A stretch of DNA of 59,452 bases, filler included, from Platydemus manokwari (lineage: Eukaryota): NCBI GenBank assembly GCA_037951405.1. It is 4 parts of 4 records of this genome, joined end to end, with 100 filler letters (N's around TTAATTAATTAA, not from the genome) between each part and the next. Parts side by side here need not be neighbours in the genome. Positions count along the whole stretch, not along the records: positions 44,816 to 59,452 come from JBBMOY011428088.1; 3 more parts are not named here. One strand, given 5' to 3'. The notes under the pieces were generated by a model, which saw only the letters and a program-made list of their open reading frames with translations, searched no databases and was not told where the DNA came from. Shown here piece after piece: positions 52,970-59,452 of this stretch. Both the position numbers and the translations under genes were made by a program. Position 1 is the stretch's first letter; every line of letters begins with the position of its first letter.

Positions 52970-54866
52970 TGCAAGCCGCTACTATTTTATAAAGCAATCA
53001 TTGAGAACGAACAAAAGATTCACGACTTAAAATTATATATTTAAATACAGTTATATAAGCAAATCAATATAATTTTATGTAAAATTTTAAACAAATCTTA
53101 ACAAATTTAAATCAATTATAAATTCTCCCATCCCCCTTTCTTTTAAAATATTTGATCTTTTGTATTCCTAATTGACTTTGTTTCGAATACTCTACATATT
53201 TTTCTAAATAAAGACTCAAATTATTCTATCTTCTTTACATCGTCTTTATATCTTCTTTATATCATTTTTATATGTTATCTATATATTCTCAATATCTTCT
53301 TCCTTCTCTTCCATAATTTTCAGCCAATGATCTTCTTAGAATCGAATTCAGATGCGTGGTTGCCATGTAATCTGCTACTATTTTATAATTCACGCAATGA
53401 TAACACACTGAAAAGTCACGACATTAAATCATGTATTTAAATTTAATTATATAAACTAATCGATATAATTTTATATATTAAAATTTAAATTAAATAATTA
53501 GACATTAAAATCAATTATAAATTCTCACAGTTATTTCTTAAATTTATGATTTTTTTCAACTTTTCTTGGTGATGAATAATTTAAAAGAAATAAGAATGAA
53601 TAATTTTCATTTTTATTACTTTTTACAAAAGTTTTTGAGGGTTTGCTGATTCGATTCCAATATTTATACCATTAACAGACTGTCTACTCATCAACATTGA
53701 ATACGACATTGAATCTATCAATAAATAATTCTCTCATTCCTGGATTCGAATCCAGGACCTTTTCAACGACATTAATTAATGGGTATTTTTCATAACTGCA
53801 TTTGTTGATTGTAATCGCCATATCATTTATATTCAAAGGCTTCCTTAACTGAGCTCACAATTGAAGAACATAAAAATTGCCAGAAAACAATGTTCTTAAT
53901 CATTTGAAAATTTACCATACAGTGCCTGGTGGTGATTGCTGAATTCGATTAATGCTTCAACTGATCTGACAATGATCAGCAATATGTTTAACAACGATAT
54001 TCAAATAATATCGATTAAAATATCAAAATAAACAAAGAGTAAGCAATAAAATCTATTACAACAGTCAGAATTTATCAATATTAAAGAATCATATGGGAAC
54101 GAACATAAATCAGAAATTAAACAATTAAAGTGATTCACTTAGTTTTGGCTGAAATTCTCTCAAAGAACTATTTTTAGAAAACAGATAATTTAAACGACTA
54201 TCTTTTCAAATGACAAAAAGGCTCTAAATATTTGCAGACAAAATATATTTGATTAAATAGCTTCTTTACGAATGGTATAAAATTTTCTCCACAATGTGGA
54301 TCTGTAATCCAGCTAATGTAAGTTTCAATAACGATGAGTGTCTACGGGACTGAATCAATTAATTTAACGAAATATGAAATTTTTTGAATGGAATAAGTTT
54401 TATAAAATATCATAACGAAATTAATGTACAGTTTAGTAAAACAATTTAATGCAATAACTAAGTTTTTTTCAGAAAAGAAACGAAATTATTATGCATGTTA
54501 ATTTCAATTACTTTTATATAAAATAGACGTTCATTGAGAATAACCATGGACGAAAATCGCTGTAAAAATTTATTGGAATATATGCCAGTGAAAAATTGAG
54601 AATTTTGAATGATAAAGTGATCAAGAATGTATTGAAAAATTTCCTAGATCGAATCATAAATCAATCAATATGGATGTTACTTCATTAAAAATTTGATATT
54701 AAAATTCATATCTATGGTTAAAATCTACTCTATGAGAATTTGAAAATTTAATTTTAATAAATCAATATCAAAAGATATTATTTTGTTTAAATTAAAGTGT
54801 TCTTGAATAAATAATTCGGTGTCTTGACTTTCCAGTGCAGGATTTATAAAATAGTAGCACCTTACA
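52970..54866. repeat. Three diverged copies of a ~140-160 bp dispersed repeat (52970-53128 +, 53366-53528 +, 54733-54866 -)
   Basis: All share the head GCTACTATTTTATAA and the tail AAATTCTC, with similar internal segments (TCACGAC/TCAAGAC). Confidence 0.65.
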
Positions 54867-57800
54867 TTCATGAAATTGACTGAAGTATTGAAAGGAAAAT
54901 AACTCTTGATCTTTCCTTTTTTAATTTTTAAAAGTAATTGGTGTGAATTAAAATCTGCAAATATTATTTTGTGATTTGAATAAAAGGATGAGATTTGAAT
55001 TTGACAGCAGATTTTGGAGTGAATGTGAGCTATTTGATTTTGTGATCAACGAACTTATTTGTATAATTTCTTAAAGTTTAATTATTTGATAGAAAACTCA
55101 ACAAACTTATCTCAATGAAGATACAAACACTTAGAGAACATGAGAGCCGAAGCAGAAAACTTAGGCACATAACAACTTTAAATTTATTCCCAAAATTATG
55201 TTGTGGAGATTAGAAACCATTATCAATATATCACTAAGTGTCACTGTAGATGTGTTTATTTGGAGATCGTCATGAACTTATAATGAACATAAATTCACCT
55301 CACTCATGATCCATTAAACAATATAAATGTAAAATAAAATACAAACAGGTATTTAAAGGTTGAACCTGAACTCAATTTGAGACTAAAACTAGAAACAACT
55401 TGACTAAATAAATAAAAACATACTATTACTATAGTCGATTGTATCGGAGCTGGAACAATTAGTATTCGTAATCTAAAGTGTCAAAGAAGTATCAAAGAAT
55501 TCCTAAAAATGTAAACAGTGATTTTGAGACGACATAGAATTGCTGTTGTCCTGACTTTCAATACTGGCTTGAATTTACTCTGGGTATTTCCAAAATAATA
55601 TTATACATATGTTGCGTATTTAAATCAACATTGCAATCAAGTTGGAAAAAGAAGCAGATTTCGTCTGAAGGTGAAATAATAATAAATTAAGCAATATTTA
55701 AAAAATATAAGTTAACTTGACTTAAATTTAAACCAAAAATAAATATTATTTTTATTAACCTTGCCACAAACAGAAGCCTAATAAAAATAAAATTTTGAAA
55801 ATTATAAAAATTAAATTTATCCAATAATAATTAAAAAATAATTAACTAAACTGGTCATAGTTGGCCACTATCAAATTAAACATGTTGCAATTTTGTAAAA
55901 ATAACAAAATCGAACAAATTTTTTACATGGCATCATATACCGATTTTTATGACATGTGTATCAATGTTATTATTCTGCATGACGATACGCTATATTAACA
56001 TTTGCCATGTGTATTAATTTTTATTATATTCCTTTTATCTTGAATTTGAAAAATATTTATTTTTTATAATATCACAATTCCTGGAAAGCATTAGTAAAGT
56101 CACTTTATTAAAAATTATTAATAAAATAGTATATTGGGTATTAATAATAATCATCATGAAGAAATATTTAATTATCAAAGTAATAATGTTTGAGAACCCA
56201 TTAAAATTTCCAGTATAATAAAAATATTCATAAAATAATATAAGAAATAATCCGTAACATACTATTGCGCAATGACATTGACAAATAAATTGCTATCCAT
56301 TATCGTGTACAGTAAATTCAGCCATTGATCAAAATAGTCAGTCGATTGAATTTAATCAGAGAGTATTTTTACAAATGATTCAACGCATCAAACATAGCAC
56401 CAATTCATTCAGGAAAAGAGCTCTAAAAAGCTGACTCAAAGAACCGATATTCAGGTTTAAAGTTTAGTACGAACTTTAAAAAATTAGTAGTTTAAAAAGT
56501 ATTCGAAGTAGATTTGATAATTAATAACATCAAGTGAGCTAATTTGAAGAATTCAAAGAAAAGTGTGATAATTATTCTTTATTTGTACAACATGAAAAAA
56601 TCTATATTAAGTAATTGAAAGCTATCAAAATCAATTATTCTCTAATTCATGTCAAGAATTGTTTAAAATGTTTCTGCTTTTGTAATAATTTTGTGACACG
56701 ACATATCTGAACTAAACTTCGAGTCTAGTGATTTAAAGTAAGACATTCAATTTACCAAAGTATCCTTTCAAAATTTCAAATGAACTCATCGGTTGAGTTA
56801 ATAGGCAACATGGTGAACCCAAAAGAATTTTAATAATTTATAATAACTCGTTGTTATTATAGTATTTATTCACTTATTAATTAGCTCTGCTCATTCAACT
56901 CTGATTTCACTCAACATAATAAAAATTTAGAGGCAGAATTGTTCTTTGTGACAATTATCTATGATTAATAATCTAAACATTAGATATCTCTATATTTCAT
57001 CTGGCCCATATTTTATTAAATATCTATCCAACATTCCACCTAGTGGTTCTATTCCAGTTTCCAAGGTGTAGCAGTAATGTAAACTTTTAAAATTTTTGAT
57101 ACCTATAAATTAAAAATAATCCGAATAGAAATTTGATTTAAACAATTTCACGTAAAATACTTCGTTATTATTTAAGATAATCAATCGAAAATCAATGAAA
57201 ACCTATAAATTGAGCAAAATACTACAAAAATGTTGATATCAATTAATTATTGTAATGTTTTGATTATTTCGCAGGAAATCTTGAATCCATAATTCATGGA
57301 AAGGAAACCAAATGTTGTCGGATTATAAATACAATTTTGGCATCGTGAATTATCCACCACCAATAACAACAACAAAGTGGAACTTTTATTACAAACTGTG
57401 ATTTGTGTTTCTCCTCATAAAATTTACTAATAATTTTGATTTGAAATCGAAAATTATAATATATCGATAAGAAATTGATGGAAAAAATTTTTCTGAAACT
57501 TCAAAAAATGGTTTAATAATTTACCAAATCAGAACGAATTCAATTCAAAGTCGTTTGCCACACGGCAAAAAAACATATGTTGGCCAGTTCGATTATTTCA
57601 GATAATTATTAGAAATATAATTATTTATTACTGATATATCTATTTTCATTTTCATTATGAAAAGATATTGATGGAATTATTTTAGCGAATCAAATTGCGA
57701 TTGGCTACTATAAATGATTTAAGGTTCATCAAATTTGAACTAAAAAATCCACCGAAGTAAGATTTGTTTTTATAGTTCTCTTAATTTATCGTTTATAATT

Positions 57801-59452
57801 GTTGTATTTTAATATGTTGTATTTTATCTGCGATTATTATTCAGTATGGTATTCGATTCTATTCATTTATTAGTTTTTTAAATTAAAATTTTCATTGATT
57901 AATAATCGATTATAATATTTGGTTATTCCACAAAGAATTAATTTTAATAATATTCATTCAATTGTTTCACGTTTTCTTAATTTAAAACTCAGTTTCAAAT
58001 TATTTGATTTTACATTTCAATATTGGTTTATTTCATTTTCGCTCACAATCTCGTTGATGAGAATTTTGATGAAGAATTATTTTCAAAAATTAAAATACCG
58101 CACTGTAATTATAATTATTTTTTTTCTATGATTTGATTTATTTTCTATTTTTATTAATTATAATTATTCTTCGCATTTTGTCAAACATGTGTTGAAATAT
58201 TTGTAAATTAACGAAGCAATTATCTGATTTTCTAAAAGCTCTTTTCCTCATGAGTAGTCGTTGAATTTTTCAACATTATTCACACAAAGCAGTGAAAACA
58301 GACGAAATCAATGATCACTCTTTGTACTTAATAAAAGTCGACGATTTTTCATTGTAATTAATTTTTTTCAATTATTCATTTCTAGTGGTTCAAGATCTCA
58401 TTGGAGTCATTAAGAAAATAATCATAATCATAATCATAATCATAACTGCACATATACAAATGTATAATGATCAAAAAATCATTAGATTTAATAAGAAATT
58501 AAATTTAACCACCTTAATTGATGGATCATTTGGAAATATAGATTCAAACAATAGACGATCAAAGATTCACAGACAAAAGCGTTTATTATGAATATTTATA
58601 TTTGATTGACTTACCAAATAGTTTGGTTTGTTTATTGGAGAACATTGTGTCTGTGAAAGATCTGGAACAGGACACGGAAATTCAAATCGGTTTAAAAAGA
58701 TTTGGCAAACAAATATTTTTCACTTTGTCGAATGGATTCGTTTGATTCATTAAAATGTCGAGGCGATTTTCGTGTGCTTTGTTGAACAGATTTGGCATTG
58801 GGTGGTTGGATTTTCGTGGACTGCATGATCGACTGCATTTTCAATCGGTTGATTGTAAATCGGACTAGCGATGGAAAATTTTGGATTTGAGATGGAATTT
58901 ATGAAAATTTTATTCCAATATTATGCCATGCTTGATTTCAAAAATGATAAAATTAATTTTAGATAAATCAATATCCTGATTTCATATTCATATTTTAAAC
59001 ATTATTCTTATTAACTCAACCGTGCGATTGTTTTAGAATTTCTTGTTCCCAATCTAATCACAAAGAATATTTTATTTTATGAAATATATAATTAACAGTA
59101 ATAATAATTATCAAATATTTTTTATCGTATTTGGGATTATTCAACAATTTTAGTAAGATTTAATTATCTATTAATGTTTTTGTCAATACACAATCAAGCT
59201 ATAAATATTGTGAAGCATTGCACTAATGATTTTAGAAACAAAAATTTAAAAATTGGTGTTCACGATGCATTTATATTTTTAATTATATTGAAGTTTCTAT
59301 GGTAGAAGATTAATATCTCTTTAAATATAATAATATAATTTAAACAAATCTTACATTACTTAAAATCAGTAAAAATATTATCTATTTTCATTATATATTT
59401 TCATTATATACTCTCATCGTTTTTTTTGTTAATTGTGGAGAGAGATCAATGA

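Noticed and set aside
53738-53757. Perfect 20-bp palindrome TCCTGGATTCGAATCCAGGA resembling a tRNA T-arm/B box
   Set aside because: No A box, D-arm, anticodon arm or acceptor stem nearby on either strand.
55150-58930. Exon-like fragments (weak cadherin-like pieces at 56.9-57.8 kb; minus-strand donor at ~58614)
   Set aside because: No consistent open spliced frame or diagnostic motif could be built.

Overview
Very AT-rich eukaryotic scaffold. Short 41-47 nt introns and NeSL-type retroelements suggest a metazoan, possibly a flatworm, but this is not established. It has four N-gaps, three of them carrying an artificial TTAATTAATTAA linker. Intact host genes: ABCF2 (2 exons, 29172-31163), a tandem pair of intronless SLC16/MCT-like MFS transporters (46415-47719, 48424-49812), and a 6-exon secreted F-type lectin + PAN/apple gene (17912-18817, minus) that the ORF track fragments. 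Much of the rest is decayed mobile DNA: NeSL/R2-group RLE non-LTR elements (one with a clear Ulp1-type protease relic), Ty3/Gypsy remnants and LTR-like repeats, and hAT remnants. The most unusual locus is 23577-25035 (minus strand). There a 5S rRNA gene lacks its first ~18 nt and is joined by an AATAAA/T-tail to an apparently non-coding element. That element contains a ~180-nt multibranched RNA domain and at least 8 hairpins sharing a near-invariant GA/AAAACA internal loop, whose stems differ in sequence but keep their pairing.
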